DNA of 64,000 nt from Lingula anatina (GCA_051362555.1 CM120646.1:7068001-7132000); one strand, 5' to 3'; counted from the first letter of the stretch, positions 1-13,100 are shown. Notes: a model not told the origin generated them from the letters alone. Translations and numbers: made by a program.

Positions 1-157
1 CACTTGGAGATATATTGACTTATGCATTAAGCGGACAAAAAGAAAAGTTACCTAGTTAAACTTGCGACACTCAAGAGTGCAGGGAACCACAGGCTCCGTT
101 CATGTTAAAGAACACGAGCCAAATTAAGAGACCAATATGTCACAAAACCTCACTCAC

Positions 158-212
158 CGCTATAGAATCTCTTATGTTACGTTTAATATCAATGACCTTT
201 TCAATCCTCTCC
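158..212 (-). CDS. GNAS-like: G-alpha (Gs class) coding exon 3; gene continues beyond the window start
   Basis: ttttttcag|...|gtgagt, 55 nt. Reads ERIEKVIDIKRNIRDSIA in phase, resembling the 55-nt Gs exon EKATKVQDIKNNLKEAIE. Confidence 0.92.
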
Positions 213-527
213 CTGAAAAAAAAAAACATCGTTATTAAAAATGCAGTAAATAAATTCGTGACTTTATAAAGGTCATCAACTTTTACAATTACTATTATTG
301 TGATATTTACTACCCCATCAATTCCCTATATGTCATTATGCTAACATAATATACTACATATCATATTATCGTAATTTACTTGAAACATGTTCCAGTAGTA
401 TACTGTTCCAGTAGTAAAAGTGGTTAGAAACAAGGTGAAAATAAATTCCATCAGTGTATTGTGGCAGATGTGATGTCAACGCAATCGTTCTCTTTACGGC
501 AATGTCACAAACGCGTGCGCTACTTAC

Positions 528-600
528 CCTCTGTCAAAACCGTTGATGTGAATAATCTTCATTTGCTTTGTGATTGTGCTTTTGCCCGCTTCACCGGTTC
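528..600 (-). CDS. GNAS-like: G-alpha (Gs class) coding exon 2, P-loop
   Basis: ttttcctag|...|gtaagt, 73 nt. Reads (G)[23 protein letters not shown](G) in phase with exon 1. Size and content match vertebrate GNAS exon 2 ([21 protein letters not shown]). Confidence 0.95.
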
Positions 601-659
601 CTAGGAAAAGAAAAAAAATATAAATGACAGAAATAGACATTTAATGCACACAAGCACAA

Positions 660-662
<3 letters not shown>

Positions 663-735
<73 letters not shown>
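663..735. repeat. Compound (CA)n(GA)n microsatellite
   Basis: Directly visible; in G-alpha intron 1 close to the acceptor. Confidence 0.95.
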
Positions 736-738
<3 letters not shown>

Positions 739-1059
739 GAGAGGGAGCAACAAACCGCACAGAACCTTTTAATCATTTGTTTGGGCTTATTCGGTCAACG
801 TGACCTTTATTACAAATTCTGCAGCCAACCAAATAAATGACATAAAAGCCTTATTCCCAGCAACGTTGCCGATTTTATCGTGTGTAAATCTTGTTAAACT
901 GATGGCGATCTATGAATGTCAGCATAATTAAGGCGTGGATGGCGGTAACGACGCACAGTAAAAGACGGGTGCTTTAACCGGAACAAATACAGGCTTCTTT
1001 AAGGGTTACCGTTAGTGACGGAAAGGTGGACCGTCTGTCATTATTTTTTGGTTCTCTTA

Positions 1060-1285
1060 GGGTGCTTTCCCAGAGATTTAGATCGATCTATGGATTAAGT
1101 TTTAGATCGACCTAACTCCCTGGGGGTTCAGGCTAAATTGCAGTCAGCCGAGCGGACACCATAGTTAATTACCCCTTTACAGCTTTTAGTAGGCGGGACA
1201 GACGCTTAAGCCGGCCAAGCTGACAGTAATCTAGTGAGATTCCCCACAGGGATAGATCGATCTAAAAATCTATGGAAATGGGGTC
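1060..1285. mobile_element. MITE, PIF/Harbinger-like
   Basis: Imperfect TIRs (gggtgctttcccagagatttagatcgatct / agatcgatctaaaaatctatggaaatggggtc) flanked by TTA on both sides. Confidence 0.65.
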
Positions 1286-1966
1286 TTACACTATTTTTGC
1301 ATGCGTCAGCGTTCTCCAACTGACATCACTGCTAGTTGCTCGCAGCTGATAAACGGTTCTCTTAATATTTTTTCATTACGTTCTCTATACGAGAAGAAGT
1401 GAATTACCGATAAGCACTGCTGCAGACTTACTTACTAACAGCCTCTCCTTCATGTCCTTACTGGCCTCGGGAAATCAGTCCGTCGGACTCTAAATTGATT
1501 TTTAATTTCAGCTTGTAGAACGATGATTCATTGAATTATGTTGGCAAACACTTGAGATCTGGGTGAACGTTTAACTACTGAGACTTGGAAAGTTCCAATC
1601 ATCGAATCATAGATACGTGCAAGTAACTACCGTACTTAAAACTCTATATCGTTAGAATATCATTGTTTAACCAATGATTAATTTTCCGACGATTTCAACG
1701 TACTTCAAATCTGTGCCAAGGGCTTGTTGGAGCCGAATGGTGACACATAATCGATTTTGTGTTGAACCGACTGTAAGTTAAAATAATTTCAACTCAGCGA
1801 AAACGCCTTCTGATATACATACACGGGATGCTTAAGTAAGAGTTGCCTACAGAAACTAACATAGTTGTCATTCGCAGGGACTCTAGCAATAGATTACCAT
1901 AGGTTTACTTTTTTTGCGGACGAAAATGACCACCTGCAGTTCATTCTTTACAAAGTTCATTAGTCT

Positions 1967-2006
1967 GGTCCTGAGGAAGGCTCTTGAGTAGAGCCGAAAA
2001 TTAGAC
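1967..2006 (+). ncRNA. Minimal hammerhead-ribozyme-like motif (Penelope-type)
   Basis: gtc-CTGAGGA-a-GGCTC-ttgagta-GAGCC-GAAA-atta-gac: both core boxes, a 5-bp stem II, a short stem I and a palindromic loopless stem III. Confidence 0.5.
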
Positions 2007-2439
2007 ATTATGAAAAATATTTAGATAAAACTGTCTGTAAAATGATTAATTTAACAAACCTCCTGCACTTCACTTAAAACATTTTTATACGCCTTTTACC
2101 CACATTTCCGCCAAGTCTTATCGGTCAAGTCAATACTGTATTCCATACTCAGTGACCAGCTTAATAGCAGTCGTCAATAAACTCGCTTACAGTTGCTTGG
2201 TTTCAAAAGGTTAATTCTTTATTTAATTGTGTATCGGCATCTTCTCAATTCAGGCGTACGCGGCCATCAGAGGGTATTGAGATAGCTCGGACTTTTACAT
2301 CACTTTCCGTGATTCTGTATAAATAAGTGATTTTAAACTTATGATGTCAATGTCTTTCAAACATGTAAGCTGACACAAGTTGGATGAAAGTGCGTCTCTA
2401 CATTATTAAATAATCCCAAAGCCATCATGGCTTACTCAC

Positions 2440-2626
2440 CTAGAAGTAAAAGTTTGTGTCTCCGCAGATCGTGCCTATGTTCTCTCTTTAGCATTCGGTC
2501 AATCCGCTTGCTCTGTTGGGCAGATTTATCCTGATCTTGGTTTCCAAGGAATTTCATATTGACCGGACCAACGCACGAGCACATCGTCGTCTCTGCGTCT
2601 GACGGTCTCGGATCAGAGGACCGCAT
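2440..2626 (-). CDS. GNAS-like: G-protein alpha subunit (Gs class), first coding exon; start at ATG 2626 (MRSS...) or ATG 2584 (MCSCVG...)
   Basis: Encodes ...SKRIDRMLKREHRHDLRRHKLLLLG, the alphaN helix and beta1 of G-alpha. It ends at a phase-1 donor G|GTGAGT (2440/2439), the conserved first-intron position of G-alpha genes. A good acceptor (tttattccag|, exon start 2659) lies just upstream, implying a further upstream exon. Confidence 0.92.
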
Positions 2627-3599
2627 TTTGTAGCGCTTCAAGTTTCCCGCGGTCTCTTTCTGGAATAAATGGATTTGGCATGGTTAATGAATACTCCCCA
2701 GTTTCAACAACCAACGTTCCCGCTTAACTTTGTATGTAGCTTCTTGAAGTTGACTTCTCATGAGGGCGTATTGAAACTATAAAAATACTTCAGAAATTAA
2801 TATTTTTCCACGAATTTATCCAGTCGACGTGTACTTATGAAACAAATTTTTCCAAACTCGCCCACAGGGGCAGTCAGCCAATGAAAGCGGAATATGTAGG
2901 CAGGGCGTTTACGGGTGGGATCACACAGCGTGGCTGCGCAGTTACCTAATTTCATGAAGAGTTTCACAGAGAGATTTCATCTCGGCTATTTTTGATGAGC
3001 AAACTTAACTGTGCACGCCCACATGGGCTGGTTGAAAAAACGTCGCTTTTTATCATTTTTTTTCTTTAGAATGTTTTGACCGTCAAGCATATCAACACGC
3101 TTGACATTTACATTTCCTTGAAGAAATACCTGTACACATGAGAGGGGTCCATTGTAAGAAATCAAGGCAATCACGTCTGAGTCTGTAAAGGTGTTTTTAA
3201 TAACCACGTGTGGATTAGGCGTCACGTTGTCAGACCGTCTCAGTGACCAAAGTGAGAAAAGTCGACTATTGTGAAATAACGTGTCTTACTCCTGCTACAT
3301 AAGTATAAAATGGTGTCTGGATTCCACTAACTCAAGTAAACTATATGCATTTTGAAAAAAACTCTTGAGTACATTACTTGGTTTATCCTTTCAAATTATA
3401 CACAGACAGAGCGCGTATACAAGGAATTAAAGGAAATGAAAAACTCTGAAACATAAGTATGAAGGCAGATAGCTGTTCTAGGCACTTGGAACCTTTTACC
3501 TCTTTCTTTTAAAGCGAAGTGAAATGTACACACGTGCCTCGAAATTCTCAGGTTAGTTAACAACCCGATAGTGTCTTCAACACCGTTTATGGCTGGTTG

Positions 3600-5474
3600 T
3601 GACGTCAATCCCTCTTTATCGCCAGCGCGTGGCTGTGATCTACGACCATTTAATAAGTTTTCATCGACATCCAAACTTCTTTGTATACAAGTATATTGAC
3701 TATCTTTGATATACAGAGAATAATAGAGGGCGTTTATGAAACATTGTAATATTTTTGGTAGCACGATAACCCATGGGTCAAGCGATCCCTGTACATCGCC
3801 TCGGAATGACGTCATAATCTCTTCTATTATGTTCCTTCACCTCGCTACGCCTGAGTGTTTGGGCAGGCTCCATATAAAAATAGCTCTGTCTGAGCTTTTA
3901 CGCCAACATCAGCCAGGACGATTGAAATAGATTTCATTATTATGACTCTCTTATGGTTATTGTTATTTTTATGCTAAAATGCTACCGAATTGTCAGTCAT
4001 GTTAGTCATGTCTAATTGGCTACTATTTTGGTATCTTCTAATTGTAGACCGCACAATTGTACGGTAACTAAAACCCAGAAAATTTATAACAGAAGGTCAA
4101 TAGAGCGTAATATTGTTAGCAAAGCGGAGCGAAACGTCACATACATTGGTCCTTTACATCGAGCGGTGCAAATTGGCAATTCATTCTCTAATGGTTCACT
4201 TTGACAGGTAACAGGGGCTTGACTCTCTTTCACAAGTTCTCCAAAGGTGCGCTTCCTGCTGTTTAGTTAAAATAATTAATGGCCTTTCCGAGTGCGGAGA
4301 TTCCTTTTAGGTGTATCTGTTACAGTAGGTTTGGGCAAACAATAAGGTAATGACATGTTCAAGCTTTACGTGATAGCCTGGTTTTTTAAGTTGTCAATCA
4401 CTCATATTGTACCGGTATAGAGTTTATCGCTATTTTAGTGAAAAGGGACGTAAACACCAACAGTAGCATCAGACACGTTCGTTTTCATCCAACTTTCAAT
4501 ACATTAGTGCTGGGTAAGGTCTTTCCTGCTCTGGGTGATCAGGGCCTTAGCCAGGGGGTGGAGGGTGGGGGTGGGGGGTGGGGGTGGGGGGGCTTTAGCT
4601 GGGATAATGTCCGCTCTGGATAAAATTAGATCTAGGTACACGAAGCTTCCATAGTACAATGTTCAGTTTTTCAGAAAAAGACCCCCCCCCCCCCCACACA
4701 CACACACACACACACGCCTTTGAAAGTTCCTGCATCGAGATGCAAATGCCGGCCACGGGCATGCCCTGTGAAATGTTACGAAGTTTTCTTTAGACCTTCA
4801 AGTGCAACTTAACGTAACCGATTTGCAGGAACCTTCTAACTAACATGCAACTGGGACCCACACATCCAACAATTTTGTGGGTTCTAGTAAGTATATCAAG
4901 TAGTGCAGAAATACAGTCATGAAAAGAGGCATGCTGGAAGACCGTGATCAAATTGTATAACAATCTTGCGTTACCTACACAACTGTATGTTAGTAAATTA
5001 TCTCAGGCACATTGATACTCACCGAAACTTGTCGTAACAGTTCGAACGCTGAGAATCTTCGGCCCGTGTCAGAATTCATAGTAATGCAATTAATTTTTAA
5101 AAAATGGCTTCCACTCTCTTCTAGAATGTGGACCTACCTAGCTGTGTTATACTTGATCGTTCACTTTTGAATGCGAGTATTTATGAAACGCTTAAATATA
5201 TCGTACTGAAATACCTCGCGTTATCTACCTTGCTGACGTCATTTGTTGACATACAGAGTGTCTCAGAAACGCGTGGATATCCTTTTATGCACATTTAAAA
5301 GATAAATGTTACATGTTTGTAAGATAATTAAACAAGGAAGTATGGGTTAAGGTTTGTTACTGTTGTTATACCTCAACGTTAATAAAGCACATTTCGGTCA
5401 CATATTTACTTCTACCTAGGGGAGTTTTTTTGTCATGGCGTGACCGATGTTTTTGGAAAATAAAGATGACGTCA
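3600..5474. promoter_or_regulatory. Cluster of four perfect CRE palindromes (TGACGTCA)
   Basis: TGACGTCA at 3600-3607, 3807-3814, 5234-5241 and 5467-5474, about 1-3 kb upstream of the G-alpha first coding exon. The motifs are certain; their function is inferred. Confidence 0.55.
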
Positions 5475-7578
5475 TTCTAGTGAAGATAAGGGTTCTGTCA
5501 CTAATAGTTCAAGAGCCAGTTATGGCATTTAGTTTCTGAGAAATTCTTGCGTTGTCACAGTAATATAAATGGACCTATTTCTTGGACGCAGTGCTTTTAC
5601 ATTTCCTCTTGCTCAGCAATTACCGTCCTCTGAGGAATGAACATTGTGGAGTGGGAAATACATGTGAATACCTGGAAGAAGCCAATCGCCTCCTTGTTAA
5701 ACAACCATTGACTTGTACTTCTTCTAACTCGTTTATTATAAGCTTGTCATGATCGACCTGTGACTGTACTTTAAGTGGAGATGTTATCACGCTCTCTTTT
5801 CGCGAACTTGTATTCGAACAAGAGCTTTTGTAACCTGGTAAAACAGCTTGTTTTTTTGGACACGAATTCACCAAAGACCTGATTAGATCTAAATAGCTCT
5901 TCCCTCATTATAACAAGAAACATATACAGTATACCCTTTTTCGAATGTTTAGTTGTTAGGATAATGGGATTCTTGGAAATACGTTAGGTAAGGTCTTTTT
6001 GACGACAAATAGTTATTTCATGGCAATAGACAAAGAGATAGCGTTGATAGTTATCCCCATCGAATGATTTTAGTTTTTTTTTTCCAGTGCTCCAAAACAT
6101 TACACCAAAAAGAGTGTTTTCTTCCCACTGCATCTTGCTTTATGACTAAAAAAAAGATCAGCCTTACAAAACGGACTGTCCTTTAAATACAACAAACAAT
6201 AATAATAAAAGAACTAAATAACAAGACGCATGCATAAAAAAAGAACTAGATACCAATCTTTGTTCCAAAATTAAAATGAAGATGCACTTACGCACTCGGA
6301 GCTACACCACAGCACTGGGGAAGACAGCAGTGCAGGGGGGGGGGGGGGAGGCAGACATACCCAGCACTCATGGCCGTCAAACGAACACACTTCGCAAGGC
6401 TCTTATGTTCTCTTATTTAACAAACATCTGGCCAACGGTTCTTCAACATTATCTTCTCATAATAAAAACTGTCAAAAGATCAATCCCTCATTTATGATTA
6501 TATTATCATTAATATACATTGCCCAAATGCGTATCATGACATGTTAGGAACATCAAATTGCAACACATTGCCTGTTACCACAATTAAAGCCTCGTTAATG
6601 TATCGTAGACACTTAGGTCTCTCGACCCGAGCAACGTGTCCATTGTATATTGGAGAGATCTGGTTCAACGCCTTAAGTGCTTTCCAAACACGGAAATACT
6701 TCCTGATAACAGAAATGCGAAGTTTTCCCCAAGCCCAGAAATTCCAAGTATACGCATTTCCAAGGGATTCGCTGAAGTGTAAACATTTCCGGAAAACTGT
6801 TTAGTTAGGTTACCTCAACAACGTATCAATTAAGATGCTGCTTAATTTCATGCAATTACACCTTATTTCCTTTCTGATCCCCACTTTAAGTGCTATCAAC
6901 GATATATAAAGGATATAAAGGGAATTAGTTGCTACTGATCACTACCCGTGTGCCAAATTGTACCAGATTTGTTCCCTTCCAAATTTCAGTGCGACGCATG
7001 CTTGGGTCGCACTGGGGCCTGTCTGCCGATGTTAAATTTAAGGTTACCGTGGCAACAAATTTTCTTTGATTCCCCAGTGGACAAAGTTTCTTTTTGTCTA
7101 TCCACACTTAAACAAATTGTTATCTCAGGGCAGCGTTTTTGTGAAGGCTTTTTGTGTTGAACAAGAGGAGTTAATGCACTGAAATTGTCATAGGGTAATG
7201 AAGTTAGAGGTATTTCGTGGGGTTTTGTCTAGCTAGAAAAAAGAAGATAAATAAATACTTAAATATAACTTGACGTTTCCAACAATTATCTTGCAACAAT
7301 TATATCTCATTCAAAGCTGCAATATACGTTTCAGGCTAATTTGTTTTCCTTTTGCCCAAATCATATGAATAGTGACATTCATTTCTAGAAATCTTTTCCC
7401 TGAACAAAACCAAATTCCGAAAAGGAGAAAAAACTGAAATCACACGAGATGGACTAAATATGTATTTTACATACCAGCTATTAGGTTTTAAATAATTCGT
7501 ATGCAGAGGAATGTTCCTTTATAGGATAAATTTTATACGCAGAGCTATTCACACGTACGAAAGCATTAGAAGCAGTTA

Positions 7579-7750
7579 GAGCGCATTCAGAGCAGCGAAC
7601 TAACAGATCTGAGGATCAAATATGGCCACCCGATTAAAAGCTTGCCGCTTAATTCCCAAATAGACACTGAATAGATTACGCAAAAAGCATTCAAATGGGT
7701 CGGTCATATTTGATCTGCGGATCTGTTAGTCCGCTGTCCTGAATGCGCTC
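7579..7750. mobile_element. PIF/Harbinger-like MITE A
   Basis: TIRs GAGCGCATTCAG...CTGAATGCGCTC with longer imperfect arms; TTA at 7576-7578 and 7751-7753. Confidence 0.8.
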
Positions 7751-7753
7751 TTA

Positions 7754-8051
7754 GATCGCATTCACAAAAAGTTGAGCCATGGCTTTACAAATCCTGGAAC
7801 TAAATATGGCGGACGTACATGAAAGAAAAACCGCCTAATCTTGTAATAGTCTCTCCGCCTCTCAAACGCCCATGTGTCGTCCCAATGGAGCCGAGATTTA
7901 ATGACTGTACCCCCGCAGGGACGACGCATGGGGAGGCGTGTGAGAGGCGGAGAGACTATTAAAAAATTAGGCGGTTTTTCTTTCATGTACGTCCGCCATA
8001 TTTAGTTCCAGGATTTGTAAAGCCATGGCTCAACTCGTTGTGAATGCGATC
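7754..8051. mobile_element. PIF/Harbinger-like MITE B
   Basis: Near-perfect ~85-bp TIRs GATCGCATTCACAA...TTGTGAATGCGATC; TTA on both sides (7751-7753, 8052-8054). Confidence 0.88.
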
Positions 8052-10672
8052 TTAGACCCTTTATCGCTGGCCCTTCTGGATTACACATCTTCCATGACTT
8101 TCGCACTTTGTTTGCAGAAACGTGCACTGGGCTCAGCTCTGCTTATACTTACATGACCCGATGGGGGAGCGCATTCGTTGTCATGATTTAAAAGACGTTA
8201 TATAAGTATTTATATCGTTTTACTCTGAGAAAAAAATATTGATTAAACAAACCGATATTTCAAAATGCAACCCTATTCTCTAATCAGTGAATTTATACAA
8301 AACAATTGTTTCATCTGAATAAATCCAAAGCAATAGTAACTCAAGGCGACATTTTTTTCTCATTTTCACAGTTGCCTTGCCACCTTTAGGAAATTACATT
8401 GTCGGGAATATCTGATGTAATTTAGCGAATCATTTGTTCTTGCAGGAACAGAAACCGGCTGTTATAAATCTTCTCTGTATTCAAACAAGGCACATAACTG
8501 CAGACATCACAAACTCATTAGTAATCTGCCTCGGTACACATATAAACTGTAACACAGGTATAAAAACTCAATCGAAATGCTTGCAAAATCTCTTCATTGT
8601 TTACATTTCATGCTGTAACCGGGCCGTCACAATAACTGAAGTGTGCCCTTACTCAGGATTATCCAATGCCTGCGAGGGTTATCCTCAGTGGGACCTTGAG
8701 TAAAAAGGAGGGGCCCTGATCGGGATTGGTTAACACCTATAGAGTCAGGTTAGTGAAAGCCGGGTCACCTTTACGTAAACTATCAGCCTTTAACTAAGCA
8801 ATTTATCTGCTACGTAAATATATATATCCATGAGCATGTCGAACGTAAGCGTTTAGACATACACAGATACATACAGAAATACAGAGACGTGACTTCCACC
8901 CGTGGAAATGATAGTGGAAATGTCATATTTACCTTCAGAACGGAGAAATCAGAACTTCCAGCTTCAAATCATTTCGCATCTGTTGGTTCAGAAAAAAAAG
9001 GAAAAATTGCTTTGGGTGCACCGATACGGGGAATGTATCAGTGATATCTGAGGATAAGGATTTGAAATGGTTTCACGCAGATGTTGAAATTAGTTCATAA
9101 TACATTATATATAATCTCACCTCATTTTGAATGCCAAAATGGCCTATTTAAGAGTGCGTTAGCTATCTTTTTATTGGGGAAGGACCAGGTTTGGCGCAAA
9201 AGAAAGGGGGAACACATGTACATGTACAAATAGAAAATATGCCCTCACCAAAAGTCAAGTTTAAATCTACCTTTAGTATTTTGTGACACCAGATGAACCA
9301 GTGTAACGTGAACAGGTAAGCCTCGCTCTAGATCTTGACCCACTAAAACCAGGCTAACCCTGACCATAATAACTAAATTGAAGGCGGGCTTTCTGTAACA
9401 CGGACCCTCAGTTTCATTACACCGGTACTGTTTATATTTTACTGCTTCGTCGTATCTTTATCTCTAATTGTTCTTTTTTCTTTATATGCGAGAGGAATAG
9501 TGGCTATTGCTTTGATTCTCCATGTTAGTTTTCACAAGATAACATGCCAACATGGGGATAGGATAAGAAACGATATTGAGTCCTGATATGTCATCACCTT
9601 GTTTTCGAATACTTAAGTTTTTCAAGAATAAAGTTAAATATTGATATATATATGATAGCGACAATACTGACTAAACGACCCATCCAGACGGTTTGCAGAT
9701 TCACCTACTATCCCCATTCATATTTTATACAACAACTTCTTTCTGAGCTGTGAAAGAGAAATCCTAATACTTATATCAATCCAATTTCAGACGTAAAACC
9801 TCAAACCCTCCACCCAAACATAGTGCACTGATAACGAGGAGATTGCATGCGAACCGTCAGTCCCAACGCCCAGTTTAAATATCGCCCAAATTACACATTT
9901 ATAGGAATAAGTTCCTAGTTGGGAAACAATTTAAACCACAAATTCTGCCAACGATTAGGGTAACTGCTGCTTGAAGGGGGATAGGACGCTGTCATCATTC
10001 ACATAGAGTACAGATGTCCAAAATGTTAGTCCCTATCAATGGCGTAAAAAATCAAATAGAAAAATACATACCTTTTAGTGTCGAGATCCGGCTTACTTAA
10101 CTAATCAACAGACTAGCAAAGTCGCAATGTTGCACTTCACTACTATAGAAATCAGCCGAGAAATGAAGATTTAGAAGATCACATTAGGCTTCTATCCATA
10201 GGCCACGGTATCATACACCCAGCCTGGCCCAAGTAGATGGCGAGGCTAAGTATATCAACTGAGGTGGCATAAAAAGGACAACTTATTCCCTTATTAATTC
10301 CTAATTGCCATGCAGATCAGGCTATTTATAGCTACGATACAGAGATTTCACCTGAACGCTGACACCAAAGTGCACTGAAGGTAACACGAGCGTCTTGTCT
10401 CCGTGTGACACGGTAACCGGTGACATACCGACGTCCCCTGCCCCGCAACCACCCGATGACTATAATTACACCAAATATAAATGCTTAATTTCATGGCTAG
10501 GTGTATTAACATAATTCAAATGTTGATGTGGTAGATAATTAGGACGGGTGAATTATCATTATAACTTAGTTAAGTGCAAAACCAGCTCACTCGTAAACTT
10601 CGGGGGTTGGGTGCTGGGGGTTGGGGGATAAAACTTGGCACGGGTTGACCCAGGGTTTTAGCTGACGGGTTT

Positions 10673-10725
10673 TGGGGTGGGGTGGGGTTGGGGGAGGGGG
10701 AGGGGGGGAAAGGGTAAGGGGAGGT
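10673..10725 (+). other. G-rich tract with G-quadruplex potential
   Basis: Many consecutive G3-G7 runs separated by short loops. Confidence 0.5.
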
Positions 10726-11108
10726 GCTACAGATAAGTCTATAGGAGAATCACGGCAAATCTGAATGCTGATATTAATTCGAGATAAGCTAATTGAGTGT
10801 GGAAGAAAGTGCTAGACCCATTTTTTCATTGTTCCCACAATTGTTTTCTGTTTAGTCCCCCTTCCTCATTTTTTGTAGTATTTGATCATTTCCCTTTCAC
10901 TAAGTAATGCATTCAAACCTTTACCCTTTTTAACATAAAGTTTATTTTAAAGGCTATTTATATTCATTTTAAACTCATGACTTAACCACAGTTAATTTTA
11001 AAGAGTTTAACGAGATGCGGAGAGGATTTTTAAGGCCGAATAAGTATAACAAATTTTCTTTATTAATAATATAATATTCACACCCTTTACGTATAGTGTT
11101 GAATCTAT

Positions 11109-11144
<36 letters not shown>

Positions 11145-11430
11145 GATAAGATTTTATTAGTAACACCTGAACACTGGTAAACCGGAACACTTTGTTGTGA
11201 ATCCAATCAGCAAGTAAGGGTGCTGCTCAGCACGTGACTGTCGCATTCTTAGTGTCTCGATCACCTTACACTTAGCACACTTCCTTGTAACCGTCAGAGT
11301 ATAAAACTTGTCTACATATATCAACTAACAATACAAAACTCATTGAGAGAGATCCAAGGACCTCGGCTACACCGGTAACCTAGTATTTAGAGGTGACCTC
11401 TCACTAAAATTATAATAATGTAAGTTATAT

Positions 11431-11728
11431 CAGTGGCGGATTTAGAGGGGAGGGGGGTCAGTGGGGTCCTGTCCCCCCCCCCCCCCCCCGTTCGAATTCT
11501 GGTCACCTCTTGAAATTAGAATTTTGACTAGCTGAATAATAGTTCTAAACTGTACCGAATGGCTCCATTCGCCCTCTAAAATACCAAAAATATTAGGGGC
11601 CCTTCAGCGGGCCCCGAACCCCATACCAAGTGTGTGCGTGTGTGTGTGTGTGGGGGGGGGGGGGGGGATCGGCTTAGCGACCTCGGACCCCCCCCCCCCC
11701 CCTTCAAATAATCCTGGATCCGCCCCTG
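11431..11728. mobile_element. hAT-like MITE (CAGTGGCGGAT...ATCCGCCCCTG)
   Basis: Short TIRs beginning CAG with poly-G/poly-C subterminal tracts; TSD degenerate. Confidence 0.75.
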
Positions 11729-12905
11729 GTATACATTGTAGAAATATTGTTTATATATATTTATATGTCTTTATTCAACGTGACAAGTGACAAATATACA
11801 GATCACCGGCCCTATGAGCCTACAAGTCACCATTAGGCACAGTTATCAAACCATAAAAATCAAGGTTAAACGTTATAAATAGAACATTTACCTGACATTT
11901 GGTACCCACTTGTTGGATAAAAGCAATCATCTTTAGAGAGAAGAGGAGGCATGTGGCGGTATCGGTGGCGTATACAGGGGTCATACTGGACAGGAGTTAC
12001 CAGTTTTCTTTTTAGCCCCCCCCCCAAAAAAAAAAAGGTATTACAAGCGATATACTGCGTACATGTTGCAGAAGCGAAATGTGCGGTGCTATCTCACCTG
12101 TCCGTCAAATGTATTATATATCAGTATTCATGTTTTCAAAGGAGGTAATAAAATGTCTGTGCCCCTAAGCCATCCTCTAATAAAAACGGTGGATCTGGAA
12201 GTAGGGTAGGGGCATAGAGGTGGGGGGGGGGTACAGTATTTCGGCTCTGTCTGTCTGTTTACCTACATAGGACAGCTTAAAGACGGGAGGGGGGGGGGGG
12301 GGCTAAATGACATCAATATCATCCCAACCTAAGCGCTTATCACAAAAATAAATATTAGGAACACTATGTCATTCGAGTTGTCCCAGTCAGTGACTTACGA
12401 CTATATTTAACTTAAAGTTTTGATGGTGTCCCGCTACCCCGTGCCAGCTGGCACAGAGCTCTACATATGACTCAGTCATTATCAGTGTTTGATGACGAGG
12501 AAAACTATACTTCTCTACAAGCTGTGTCAGATTATTGAAATAAGTACACCTATTCTAAGTTCATCTGTTTATAAATGATATCAGGCTGTAAATTTTCTTT
12601 TGTCACAAACTAATAACTATCAGTGTATGACAATGGGGAATCCTCATCCCGCTATCCAAAGTATACTCGGTACAGTAAATCCGCGAGATAAAACAATGGA
12701 TACAGAGACAGTTACGCCACGATACAAAATGGTATTTCGATAGCAAATAGGTAACTGATCGCACTATGGAAACACAATATGTCCTACATGTTCGGGCACT
12801 TTCATGACCAAACAAAATTTTATTAGATAGGTAAGGCCTATGTTGATTGCGCTGCAGTTCTTCCGCTGACCTGTTCGCTAGAGTGTTGAACCCAATGTAA
12901 ACATG

Positions 12906-13100
12906 CAGGCCCGTAGCCAGGGGTGGAGGCGGGGGTTCGTGGGGTTCGAAAGAACCCCCCCTCCCCCCCCCCCCCCCCATTTTGTTTGGAAGAAGTCCCC
13001 TCTGAGTAAAATTTCATCTAGATACAGGAAGGTTTCATGGTAACAGGACCAATTTTTCAGAAAAAGAACCCCCCTTTTGAAATTGCTGGCTACGAGACTG
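12906..13100. mobile_element. hAT-like MITE (CAGGCCCGTAGCCAG...CTGGCTACGAGACTG)
   Basis: TIRs of about 15 bp; flanks acatg / ccatg (5-bp TSD, one mismatch). Confidence 0.75.

Noticed and set aside
591-776. ORF with SLSL/CVCV repeats
   Set aside because: Translation of a microsatellite; the same applies to the poly-I, YIYI and HTHT ORFs elsewhere.
3396-3815. 139-aa minus-strand ORF as an XL-type upstream coding exon of the G-alpha gene
   Set aside because: No recognisable motif and no convincing phase-0 donor to join the 2659 acceptor; not excluded, but unsupported.
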